Positions 34,813 through 43,530 of a stretch of DNA of 64,000 bases are shown here, piece by piece (the first letter of the stretch is position 1; every line of letters starts with the position of its first letter). A program made the translations under genes and the position numbers. Under the pieces are notes generated by a model that was given only the letters and a program-made list of their open reading frames with translations, did no database searches and was not told the DNA's origin. Source of the stretch: Oscillospiraceae bacterium (GTDB taxonomy: Bacteria; Bacillota; Clostridia; Oscillospirales; CAG-272); NCBI GenBank assembly GCA_015064345.1, contig SVSK01000002.1, positions 82 through 64,081 on the forward strand. Reading direction: 5' to 3'.

Positions 34813-36609
34813 ATGAATCTCGGATTCAAACTGTTTTTTACCGATAAAACCGAACACGTCTCACTCGCATCTCTCAGCGGAGAAACTATAGGTAATACTA
34901 CTGTTTACAAAACAACAGTAAACGGCGCCCGTGTAACATGGACGTTTGAGCACATAGTTGCCGGTGACATTATCTCACTTGATGTTAAAGGAGACGCTCC
35001 CCTCGGTATCTCACGCATCGACAGCATCGTTTTTGATGTGGATTCTTTCTCTGTAACCGATCGCATTCCTTTCTTTGGCACAAACGCCGACCACACCGAG
35101 ACAAGATATCCCTGCGAGCTTGTAGAAGACACCCCATATACCAACACAGCAACAGGGCTGTTTCCTACTCTTGTGTCAAACGGCATAGCGCTTGCCCTCG
35201 TACCACCTTTTAATAACGTAGCAGTTACAGGTGCGGTCAGACACGGAAATGCTCTGACTTATTTTGCCAAGACCTTATTCACAGAGGACGCTTTAAGCTA
35301 TACAAAACTCTCTGCAGAGCGTGTATTCTACTCGGAAAACATCTCAATCGACGGGCTCTTTGATGTTTGCGAGTCGTGTCTTCCTGTGAGCAGCTTTCCC
35401 ATGCCAAAACTGGTTGGCTGGAACTCCTGGGACTACTATGAGCAGAGCGTGACACCTGACGATATTTACGAAAATGTGGATTTTCTGAAGAATTGCTCCT
35501 TTAAGGATCATGTAAAGTACATAGTTATCGACGACGGCTGGCAGCATGACTGGGGAGACTGGTGGGCAAACGACAAGTTCTCCTGCGGTCTTGATCATGT
35601 TGCAAGGCGCATAACTGAGGCAGGTTTTGTTCCGGGTATCTGGATGGCTCCTCTCAGAATACGCAAAACCGCAGACATGTTTAAGGATCACATGCATTGG
35701 TTCTGCAAGGATGACAATGCCCCCGACGGTGTAATGTCATTTGGAGACATGTATTGCGTTGACCCGACAGTTCCCGAGGCAAGACAGTATATTCTTGACA
35801 CCTACGAAAAGCTGTACGGCTATGGCTATAGGCTGTTTAAGATCGACTTCCTTATTCAAGTTGTTTGCGCCAAGAAATTCTATGATACTACTGCCACTCC
35901 ATACTCCGTGCTCAGCGAATTGATGATTGACATCAGAAAAGCCACGGGAGAGGATGCAATTATTCTCGGATGCTCTCTGCCCGTTCAGTGCGGCGCGGAT
36001 ATTGCACAGTCAATGCGCAGCGGCGTTGATATTCATGTACACTTCCCTCATGTTGTCTGGGCTACAGAATCCCTTGCATGGACTTGGATGTACAACGATC
36101 GCGTAACAAGAATTGACCCCGACTTCCTCGTTGTTCGCGGTGAGGAAACTTCAAATGACAAGTGGGAACGGAACGAAAAGTACCTGCTTCACGGAAGACG
36201 GGGAGATCCCGGTGGATTCAGCTTGGATATCAGATGGGCTAACGGCGACCGATTCAACGCCATTGAAGCGGAGACATGGGCTAATATAGTTGCCATAAGC
36301 GGTGGAAACGTATTCCTATCCGACAAGATGACAACTCTTAACGAGAAAGGTATCTCCATTATCGAAAACGCGCTGAAGGTAGCCCAGAACGGATGCCGTC
36401 CCATGTATCTTGAGGATGATATCAGACTTCCCTCCGTATGGAAAGGTGAAACTGCTGTACTTATCTTAAACTGGGAGGAAATTCCAGTGAAGAAGACCGT
36501 GAAAGGTCTCGGCAAATCGCTCACATCCGACAAGCCTATTTCGGTAAGCGGTGAGGACGTGACAGTTTCACTTCTGCCCCACGAGAGTATAGTAATTTTT
36601 GTAAAATAA
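34813..36609 (+). CDS. Clan GH-D alpha-galactosidase-like glycoside hydrolase (GH27/GH36-like)
   Basis: GWNSWDYY, IVIDDGWQ, RLFKIDFL blocks. No signal peptide. ATG lies 5 nt after GGAGG. Confidence 0.7.
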   Translation: MNLGFKLFFTDKTEHVSLASLSGETIGNTTVYKTTVNGARVTWTFEHIVAGDIISLDVKGDAPLGISRIDSIVFDVDSFSVTDRIPFFGTNADHTETRYPCELVEDTPYTNTATGLFPTLVSNGIALALVPPFNNVAVTGAVRHGNALTYFAKTLFTEDALSYTKLSAERVFYSENISIDGLFDVCESCLPVSSFPMPKLVGWNSWDYYEQSVTPDDIYENVDFLKNCSFKDHVKYIVIDDGWQHDWGDWWANDKFSCGLDHVARRITEAGFVPGIWMAPLRIRKTADMFKDHMHWFCKDDNAPDGVMSFGDMYCVDPTVPEARQYILDTYEKLYGYGYRLFKIDFLIQVVCAKKFYDTTATPYSVLSELMIDIRKATGEDAIILGCSLPVQCGADIAQSMRSGVDIHVHFPHVVWATESLAWTWMYNDRVTRIDPDFLVVRGEETSNDKWERNEKYLLHGRRGDPGGFSLDIRWANGDRFNAIEAETWANIVAISGGNVFLSDKMTTLNEKGISIIENALKVAQNGCRPMYLEDDIRLPSVWKGETAVLILNWEEIPVKKTVKGLGKSLTSDKPISVSGEDVTVSLLPHESIVIFVK

Positions 36610-36614
36610 TACAG

Positions 36615-36646
36615 AAGCCAAGGGATAATCTCCTTTGGCTTTTTGT
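36615..36646 (+). terminator. Terminator after the alpha-galactosidase-like gene
   Basis: AGCCAAGGG pairs with CCTTTGGCT (36632-36640), one mismatch, followed by a T run. Confidence 0.65.
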
Positions 36647-36669
36647 TTTCCTAATATTCTCCAATTAGA

Positions 36670-36698
36670 TTGACTTTCCCACTCAATGGTGCTATAAT
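36670..36698 (+). promoter_or_regulatory. Consensus promoter of the MFS transporter gene
   Basis: TTGACT (36670-36675), 17-nt spacer ending in TGc, TATAAT (36693-36698). Confidence 0.6.
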
Positions 36699-36733
36699 TA
36701 CGATTGTTGCAAGATACCCCCTCGGAGGTTACT

Positions 36734-37990
36734 ATGGAAAAAACTATCAGCAAAAATGCAAAGATAATCACGCTCTTGTGCACATTAGTCTATTTTGCAA
36801 GCTATCTCACAAGAATCAATTTTGCCGTTATGCTCGTTAAGATCTGCGCTGACATGAATGCCGCAAAAACGGAAATGGCAGTTGTTGTTACGGGACTTAC
36901 CATCGTTTACGGTGTAGGTCAGGTCATCAGCGGCTTCCTTGGCGACAAGATAAAACCCCGCTATATGCTATCCGCGGGTCTATCACTTGCATCCGTATGC
37001 AACGTGCTGATTTTCTTCACCGCAAGTATTCCTGTAATGACCGTGATCTGGTGTGTTAACGGATTTGCGCAGTCCATGCTGTGGCCGCCTATCGTCAGAA
37101 TTATGTCTACATATCTGGCTGACCACGAATACAGCTATGCCGCTGTGCGCGTTTCTTGGGGATCTTCAATTGCAACGATCATACTTTACACCTGCTGCCC
37201 TCTTCTGCTCGGATTTATGGACTGGCGAAGCATAATGCTGATTTGTGCCGCTGTTGCCATTGCAATCATGATCGCGTGGACAACTCTCAGCCCGAAATAC
37301 CTTGTTTCAACAGGTTCTGTTGCTGTATCCGATAATAAATCTGACAGTAAAGCAGAAACAAAAGCAGCGACACTTCCCGTGCCGAAATTTGTTTTCCTGC
37401 CTATTGTTCTTATTATGCTCGGCATCATCCTCCAGGGTACACTCCGTGACGGCGTAACAAACTGGATGCCCTCTTACCTGTGTGAGACATTCGGTCTGCC
37501 CGAGGAGGAGTCCATAATCTCAACGGTAATTCAGGCAGTATTCAGCATACTCAGCTTCTGGTGCTTCGATTTCCTCCATCGCAAGGTATTCAAGAATGAG
37601 GTTACCTGCGCGTCGGTAATTTTCGGTGCATCGGCAATCTGTGCGGCTGCGCTGTATTTGGTAAACGTGTACACATCCTCTGCGGCGGTTTCACTCATTC
37701 TCATGGCTGTTATCATTGCGTGTATGCACGGCATCAACCTTATGCTCATCTCAGTAGTACCCAAGCGCTTCCTCAAAAGCGGCAAGGTTGCTACATACTC
37801 GGGTATTCTCAACGCCTGCACGTATATCGGTGCATCCATTGCCACATATGGCTTTGCGGCAATCGCTGAAAACCACGGATGGAACGCAACTATCCTCACT
37901 TGGATAATCATCTCTGCGGCCGGTCTTGCAGTTTGCTTTGCTGCTGCACCGCTGTGGAAAAAATTCCGCAAGGAATATGCAGATAAATAA
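36734..37990 (+). CDS. MFS transporter (12 TM)
   Basis: Polytopic. G..GDKIKPR loop after TM2 is typical of MFS. ATG 36734 lies 4 nt after GGAGG and downstream of the promoter, so track start 36704 is rejected. Confidence 0.8.
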   Translation: MEKTISKNAKIITLLCTLVYFASYLTRINFAVMLVKICADMNAAKTEMAVVVTGLTIVYGVGQVISGFLGDKIKPRYMLSAGLSLASVCNVLIFFTASIPVMTVIWCVNGFAQSMLWPPIVRIMSTYLADHEYSYAAVRVSWGSSIATIILYTCCPLLLGFMDWRSIMLICAAVAIAIMIAWTTLSPKYLVSTGSVAVSDNKSDSKAETKAATLPVPKFVFLPIVLIMLGIILQGTLRDGVTNWMPSYLCETFGLPEEESIISTVIQAVFSILSFWCFDFLHRKVFKNEVTCASVIFGASAICAAALYLVNVYTSSAAVSLILMAVIIACMHGINLMLISVVPKRFLKSGKVATYSGILNACTYIGASIATYGFAAIAENHGWNATILTWIIISAAGLAVCFAAAPLWKKFRKEYADK

Positions 37991-37996
37991 AACACA

Positions 37997-38023
37997 GGGC
38001 GTATTTTCGGATGCGTCCTTTTG
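37997..38023 (+). terminator. Terminator after the MFS gene
   Basis: GGGCGTAT (37997-38004) pairs with ATGCGTCC (38011-38018), two G-U, followed by T4. Confidence 0.5.
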
Positions 38024-38038
38024 CTTTGCAACTTTTAA

Positions 38039-38067
38039 TTGACAATCCACTATTCTAATGGTATAAT
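38039..38067 (+). promoter_or_regulatory. Consensus promoter of the MFS-GH2 fusion gene
   Basis: TTGACA (38039-38044), 17-nt spacer ending in TGg, TATAAT (38062-38067). Confidence 0.65.
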
Positions 38068-38103
38068 TATTTAGTAATGTTGTAATTTTATACGAGGTGA
38101 ATA

Positions 38104-41091
38104 ATGAAGACAAAGCTTTCGTGGAAATTCTGGTGCGCACTTACGGTATTCGGACTCATGGGTCAGATCGCGTGGGTTGTGGAGAACATGTACCTCAACG
38201 TGTTTATCTACAAAATGTTCAACGCATCTGCCTCTGACATTTCCGCTATGGTTGCGGCAAGTGCCATAGCGGCTACGCTGACAACGATCCTAATCGGTGC
38301 TCTGTCAGACAGAGTCGGCAAACGTAAGCTTTTTATATGCGGCGGTTATATCCTTTGGGGTGTGTCAATATTCGCCTTTTCCCTGCTTCGTGCGGATGTA
38401 ATCGGTGCAGTGTTCCCTCTCACAGTCTCTGTGGCTGCTGTAGGTGTTACTCTTACAATAATTCTCGACTGTCTCATGACATTCTTCGGTTCAAGCGCCA
38501 ATGATGCGGCTTTCAACGCATGGCTCACCGACAGCACTGACAATACAAATCGCGGCGCTGCTGAGGGTATTAACGCAATGATGCCTCTCGTGGCTATTCT
38601 CGCTGTATTCGGCGGATTCATGGGGTTTGACCTTGATAAAAGCGAAAGCTGGACCGCGATATTCTCAATCATCGGTATCTGCACACTCATAATCGGTATT
38701 ATCGGTTTCTTCATCATCGAAGAAAAATGTACAGTTCCCTCTGAAACAGGTTACTGGAAAAACGTAATTTACGGTTTCCGTCCCTCTACTGTGCGCTCTA
38801 ACAAGTCTTTCTACTTCTACCTCATAGCCTTTGTTATCTTCAACATCGCAATTCAGATATTCATGCCGTACCTCATCATATACTACGAGGTATCACTCAA
38901 AATGGCTGATTACGTGTTCGTCATGGCGCCGGCAATTATTCTTGCATCCGTTGTGACCGCGTTCTGGGGACGTTTTTACGATAAAAAGGGATTTAACAAG
39001 TCGTCATTCTGGTCCCTGCTTTGGCTTGGTGTGGGATTCGTGCTTCTGTATGTTTTCCGATCAACCGCTCTTGTTTTTGTCGGATCGCTCCTCATGATGT
39101 GCGGATATCTCTCCGGCATGGCAGTTTTCGGCGCAAAGATCCGTGATCTGACCCCCCATGGTAAAGCCGGAATGCTCCAAGGTGTGCGTATCTTCTCGCA
39201 GGTACTTCTGCCCGGTGTCATCGGTCCGTACATCGGCAAGGCTGTTCTTGCAAATGCCGAAACTATAGTAAATAACGACGGAACAACATCCTTTGTTCCA
39301 AGTGCAAATATATTCCTTGCCGCACTTATCGTAATAGTCATTCTTGCAGTTGTTCTTGTAATTGCAGGGAGTAAAAAAAAACCGAAAACCGTTAGTCTCG
39401 ATTCCTGCTTCCCGGGCGAAGATGAAATAGACTGGACTACATATCCCCGCCCGCAGATGAAGCGTGATTCTTACCTTTCCCTGTGCGGCAAATGGCATCT
39501 TTCGGTTATCAACAATGGTGAGATTCAGGCTGTTGGCGAGATCGAAGTTCCTTTTTCTCCCGAAACCGTGCTCTCAGGCATAGGTCGATCTCTTAAAAAA
39601 GGAGAAACGTGGCTTTACGAGAAAACATTTACCTTTGGGGACGGATTTAACCGAGGTCGCGTAATTCTTCACTTCGGTGCGGTGGATCAGATTGCTGTTG
39701 TTTCGGTAAACGGTCATAGACTTACCGAGCACGTAGGCGGTTATCTTCCTTTTGAATTTGATATTACCGAGTACATTACAGACGGCGAGAATACTGTAAC
39801 AGTTGAAGTTACCGATGAGCTTGACCGAGAGCTGGCGTATGGCAAACAGCGCAAGGATCGCGGCGGTATGTGGTACACCCCCATAAGCGGTATCTGGCAG
39901 GCTGTGTGGCTTGAAAGTGTGCCGATGGAATATATCTCATCTCTGCGACTTACACCTACCCTTGACAGCATAACCATAGAAGTTTCAGGCGCAGTGGGAG
40001 AGAAATCCGTTAGGATCACAACTCCTGTTGGTGAGATCAGCCAGGTGTTCGAGGGAGACAGTATTACCATCTCAATTCCTGACCAAAGGCTGTGGACGCC
40101 CGAAGATCCTTATCTTTACAGCTTCACCTTAACCGCGGGTGAGGACAAAATCGAGTCCTACTTCGCACTTCGTACCGTTTCCGTTGAGCTGGAAGGAAAA
40201 TATATTGCGTTAAACGGCAAGCCCTATTTCTTCCACGGTCTGCTTGACCAAGGATACTACAGCGACGGAATATATACCCCAAAAACTCCCGCGGGTTTTC
40301 TTTATGACATCCGAAAAATGAAGGAATGTGGCTTCAATATGCTCCGCGAGCATATCAAGATCGAGCCTGAGCTGTTCTATTATTACTGTGACAAGCTCGG
40401 CATGATCGTTTTCCAGGACATGGTCAACTCCGGAAAGTACAGCTTCTTTGTTGATACAGCGCTTCCCACTATCGGAATCAGACGCGGCATCACGCATAAA
40501 GCGAGTAAACGTCGCCGTGAAGCTTTTGAGGCTGACAGCAGAGAGACTGTTGACCTTCTCTACAACCATCCATCCGTGTGCTACTACACCATCTTCAACG
40601 AGGGCTGGGGCCAGTATGACGCTGACAGAATCTACGGTGAACTAAAGGCATACGATCCCTCCCGTATCTGGGATGCCACATCTGGTTGGTGGAGTGAGAA
40701 GCTGAGCGACGTTCAAAGTGAGCACATCTATTTTAAGAAGCTCGACTTGAAGTCTGACGGTAAGCATCCTCTCGTTTTATCCGAGTTTGGCGGATATTCC
40801 TGCAAGATAGAGGGTCACTCTTTCAATCTTGACAAGACATACGGCTACCGATTCTTCAGTAAAACAGCCGATTTTGAGGCGGCACTTCACAAGCTGTATC
40901 TTGAAGAGGTCATACCAATGATAGATCGCGGACTGTGCTGTACGGTGCTGACTCAGGTAAGCGACGTTGAGGATGAAACAAACGGTCTTCTCACTTATGA
41001 CCGAAAAATACTGAAAGTGAATGCCGATGAAATGAAAAAGATCGGCCAAAATATCAATGACGCATTTATTTCAAAAATACATAATACATAA
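38104..41091 (+). CDS. Fusion protein: GPH/MFS-type glycoside transporter (aa 1-~420, 12 TM) plus glycoside hydrolase family 2 enzyme (aa ~445-995)
   Basis: 12 hydrophobic spans and GALSDRVGKRK loop. GH2 blocks YPRPQMKRDSY, WYTPISGIWQAVWLE, NMLREHIK, FNEGWGQ (Glu at 40600-40602), LVLSEFGG (Glu at 40783-40785). Confidence 0.8.
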   Translation: MKTKLSWKFWCALTVFGLMGQIAWVVENMYLNVFIYKMFNASASDISAMVAASAIAATLTTILIGALSDRVGKRKLFICGGYILWGVSIFAFSLLRADVIGAVFPLTVSVAAVGVTLTIILDCLMTFFGSSANDAAFNAWLTDSTDNTNRGAAEGINAMMPLVAILAVFGGFMGFDLDKSESWTAIFSIIGICTLIIGIIGFFIIEEKCTVPSETGYWKNVIYGFRPSTVRSNKSFYFYLIAFVIFNIAIQIFMPYLIIYYEVSLKMADYVFVMAPAIILASVVTAFWGRFYDKKGFNKSSFWSLLWLGVGFVLLYVFRSTALVFVGSLLMMCGYLSGMAVFGAKIRDLTPHGKAGMLQGVRIFSQVLLPGVIGPYIGKAVLANAETIVNNDGTTSFVPSANIFLAALIVIVILAVVLVIAGSKKKPKTVSLDSCFPGEDEIDWTTYPRPQMKRDSYLSLCGKWHLSVINNGEIQAVGEIEVPFSPETVLSGIGRSLKKGETWLYEKTFTFGDGFNRGRVILHFGAVDQIAVVSVNGHRLTEHVGGYLPFEFDITEYITDGENTVTVEVTDELDRELAYGKQRKDRGGMWYTPISGIWQAVWLESVPMEYISSLRLTPTLDSITIEVSGAVGEKSVRITTPVGEISQVFEGDSITISIPDQRLWTPEDPYLYSFTLTAGEDKIESYFALRTVSVELEGKYIALNGKPYFFHGLLDQGYYSDGIYTPKTPAGFLYDIRKMKECGFNMLREHIKIEPELFYYYCDKLGMIVFQDMVNSGKYSFFVDTALPTIGIRRGITHKASKRRREAFEADSRETVDLLYNHPSVCYYTIFNEGWGQYDADRIYGELKAYDPSRIWDATSGWWSEKLSDVQSEHIYFKKLDLKSDGKHPLVLSEFGGYSCKIEGHSFNLDKTYGYRFFSKTADFEAALHKLYLEEVIPMIDRGLCCTVLTQVSDVEDETNGLLTYDRKILKVNADEMKKIGQNINDAFISKIHNT

Positions 41092-41103
41092 AGGAGATAC
41101 ACC

Positions 41104-42387
41104 ATGGGACTTATCAAGACAGCAATCAACTCAGTTAAAGGCACTCTTGCAGACCAGTGGAAAGAGTATTTCTACTGCGAATCAATGGACAACGAGACTC
41201 TTATCACACGTGGTATCAAACAGGCAGGCGGCAAAAAAGGTAGCGATAATGTGATTTCTGCCGGTTCCGGTATCGTTGTTGCAGACGGTCAGTGCATGAT
41301 CATCGTTGATCAGGGTAAGATCGTTGAAGTTTGCGCAGAACCCGGTCAGTTCACTTATGACTCATCCTCAGAACCCAGCATTTTCACAGGCAGTCTCGGC
41401 GAATCCGTTGGCGACGTTCTTAAGAATATGTGGACACGATTCACATACGGCGGCGCAACAGGTAAGGATCAGAGAGTATACTACTTCAACACCAAGGAAA
41501 TAATTGACAACAAGTTCGGTACACCTACCCCCATTCCCTTCCGCGTTGTTGACAGAAACATCGGTCTGGATATCGACGTATCCGTTCGTTGCTCCGGTAT
41601 CTATTCATTCAAGATCACAAATCCCATACTGTTCTACACAAACGTATGCGGTAACGTAGTACGTGAATATAATGTAAGTGACATCGAATCTCAGCTTAAG
41701 GCGGAATTTATCAGTGCACTTCAGCCTGCGTTCGGCACACTTTCCGCAAACGGACTCCGTCCCAGTGATCTCCCCGCACACACAATGGAGCTTGCCGATG
41801 CAATGAATGAAGCACTCTCAAAGAAGTGGAACGAGCTGCGCGGTCTCTCCGTTGTATCAGTTGCGCTTAACCCCATTTCTCTTCCCGAGGAAGATGCGGA
41901 GCTTATCAAGACTGCACAGCGTGCTGCAATCCTTCGCGATCCTTCAATGGCGGCTGCTACTCTTGTCGGCGCTCAGGCTGATGCAATGAAGGCTGCGGCT
42001 GAAAATAAGGGCGGCGCAATAAACGGATTCATGGGTCTGAACATGGCAGCAAATGCGGGCGGTGCTGACACACAGTCACTTTTCGCTATGGCTCAGCAGA
42101 AGAAGGAAGATGTTGCTCCTGCAGTCGACGGTTGGAAGTGTGCTTGCGGTAGTGTTAATACAGGCAAGTTCTGCACCAATTGCGGTGAGAAGAAGCCGGA
42201 GGACGGTTGGAAATGCGCTTGCGGCAGCGTAAACAAAGGTAAATTCTGCTCCGAATGCGGCGCAAAGAAGCCTGCTGACGCTCCTCTCTACCGTTGCGAC
42301 AAATGCGGTTGGCAGCCCGAAGATCCCGCAAATCCCCCGAAGTTCTGCCCCGAATGCGGTGATCGTTTCGACGAAAACGACAGATAA
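41104..42387 (+). CDS. SPFH/band-7-type protein of the 'virion core protein-like' (YdjI/COG4260) type with three C-terminal zinc ribbons
   Basis: MGLIKTAINSVKGTLADQW..VISAGSGIVVADGQCMIIVDQGKIVE.. N terminus. C-terminal WKCACGSVNTGKFCTNCG, WKCACGSVNKGKFCSECG, YRCDKCGW..KFCPECG. Starts 12 nt after the GH2 stop with AGGAG. Confidence 0.65.
   Translation: MGLIKTAINSVKGTLADQWKEYFYCESMDNETLITRGIKQAGGKKGSDNVISAGSGIVVADGQCMIIVDQGKIVEVCAEPGQFTYDSSSEPSIFTGSLGESVGDVLKNMWTRFTYGGATGKDQRVYYFNTKEIIDNKFGTPTPIPFRVVDRNIGLDIDVSVRCSGIYSFKITNPILFYTNVCGNVVREYNVSDIESQLKAEFISALQPAFGTLSANGLRPSDLPAHTMELADAMNEALSKKWNELRGLSVVSVALNPISLPEEDAELIKTAQRAAILRDPSMAAATLVGAQADAMKAAAENKGGAINGFMGLNMAANAGGADTQSLFAMAQQKKEDVAPAVDGWKCACGSVNTGKFCTNCGEKKPEDGWKCACGSVNKGKFCSECGAKKPADAPLYRCDKCGWQPEDPANPPKFCPECGDRFDENDR
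42127..42276 (+). repeat. 2 x 75-bp tandem duplication encoding two zinc-ribbon units (a third, degenerate unit follows)
   Basis: DGWKCACGSVN(T/K)GKFC(T/S)(N/E)CG(E/A)KKP(E/A) units at 42127-42201 and 42202-42276. Confidence 0.85.
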
Positions 42388-42425
42388 CGCATCAGCTCAA
42401 AAATTCCCCGAAAGGAGTGAATCAT

Positions 42426-43520
42426 TTGACAGCATTGCTTGAATACAAATGCCCGTGTTGCGGCGGCGCAATTGAGTTTGACGCGGGCTCGCAAAATCTG
42501 AAATGTCCCTACTGCGATACCGAGTTTGATATTGACACCTTAAAAAGCTACGGTACGGTTCTCGAAAAAGACCGCGAGGATTCATTCGACTGGAGTAAAT
42601 CAAAAGGAAGTGAGTGGACTGAAGACGAAACACTGGGCATGATCGTCTACTCATGCAAGTCCTGCGGCGGCGAGATCATTGGAGACAACACCACAGCCGC
42701 TACCTCCTGTCCGTTCTGCGGCAATCCTGTCGTTCTGACCGGTCAGTTATCCGGAGCACTGAAGCCTGATCTTGTACTTCCCTTCAAGCTGGATAAGAAC
42801 GCGGCCAAGGAAGGTCTGATGCGTCATATTTCAAAAAAGCCCCTTTTGCCAAAGGTATTTAAGGATCAGAACCATATTGACGAAATCAAAGGAATTTACG
42901 TTCCGTTTTGGCTTTTCGATGCCGATGTAAAGGCTTCCGTCAGATTTAAGGCAACCCGACTCCGTTCTTGGAGTGATATGAAGTACAACTACACCGAAAC
43001 TCAGTACTATTCAGTAGTGCGCGGAGGCTCTGTCTCATTTGAGAATGTGCCTGCAGACGGCTCTACAAAAATGCCGGATGATCTGATGCAGTCCATTGAG
43101 CCTTTTGATATTTCCTCTGCGGTGGACTTCAAAACAGCATATCTTGCGGGATTTTTTGCTGACAAATACGACGTTTCCGCCGATGACTGCATCGAAATTG
43201 CTAATGACAGGATCAAGAAAAGCACATCCGACGCGTTTGCTGACACGGTTGACGGATATGCTTCAGTCACACCCGAAAGCAGCACAATAAATCTTACCGG
43301 AAAAGGCACGAGATATGCTTTGCTTCCCGTGTGGATACTTAACACAACCTGGAACGGCAATAAATACACCTTTGCAATGAACGGTCAGACCGGAAAATTC
43401 GTGGGAAACCTTCCCATTGACAAAAAGGCGGCTCTTCGCTGGGCTATCAGTCTCACACCCGTCTGCACAGTTGCAGTTTACCTAATAAGTCTGCTGCTTC
43501 GTGCAATGGGACTTATTTAA
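42426..43520 (+). CDS. Zinc-ribbon membrane protein (YdjG-like)
   Basis: N-terminal CPCCGG..CPYCD and CKSCGG..CPFCGN ribbons. Single C-terminal TM (ISLTPVCTVAVYLISLLLRAMGLI). TTG 42426 lies 9 nt after AGGAG; track GTG 42417 overlaps the RBS. Confidence 0.55.
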   Translation: MTALLEYKCPCCGGAIEFDAGSQNLKCPYCDTEFDIDTLKSYGTVLEKDREDSFDWSKSKGSEWTEDETLGMIVYSCKSCGGEIIGDNTTAATSCPFCGNPVVLTGQLSGALKPDLVLPFKLDKNAAKEGLMRHISKKPLLPKVFKDQNHIDEIKGIYVPFWLFDADVKASVRFKATRLRSWSDMKYNYTETQYYSVVRGGSVSFENVPADGSTKMPDDLMQSIEPFDISSAVDFKTAYLAGFFADKYDVSADDCIEIANDRIKKSTSDAFADTVDGYASVTPESSTINLTGKGTRYALLPVWILNTTWNGNKYTFAMNGQTGKFVGNLPIDKKAALRWAISLTPVCTVAVYLISLLLRAMGLI

Positions 43521-43530
43521 GGAGGGCGGC

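Noticed and set aside
38104-41091. Interpreting the MFS-GH2 ORF as two genes merged by an assembly error
   Set aside because: This is not supported by the sequence as given. The frame is continuous, the GH2 part has no start codon or RBS of its own upstream of its conserved N-terminal block, and the linker is short and Lys-rich, as expected after a final TM. The A9 tract means read-level confirmation is still advisable (see findings).
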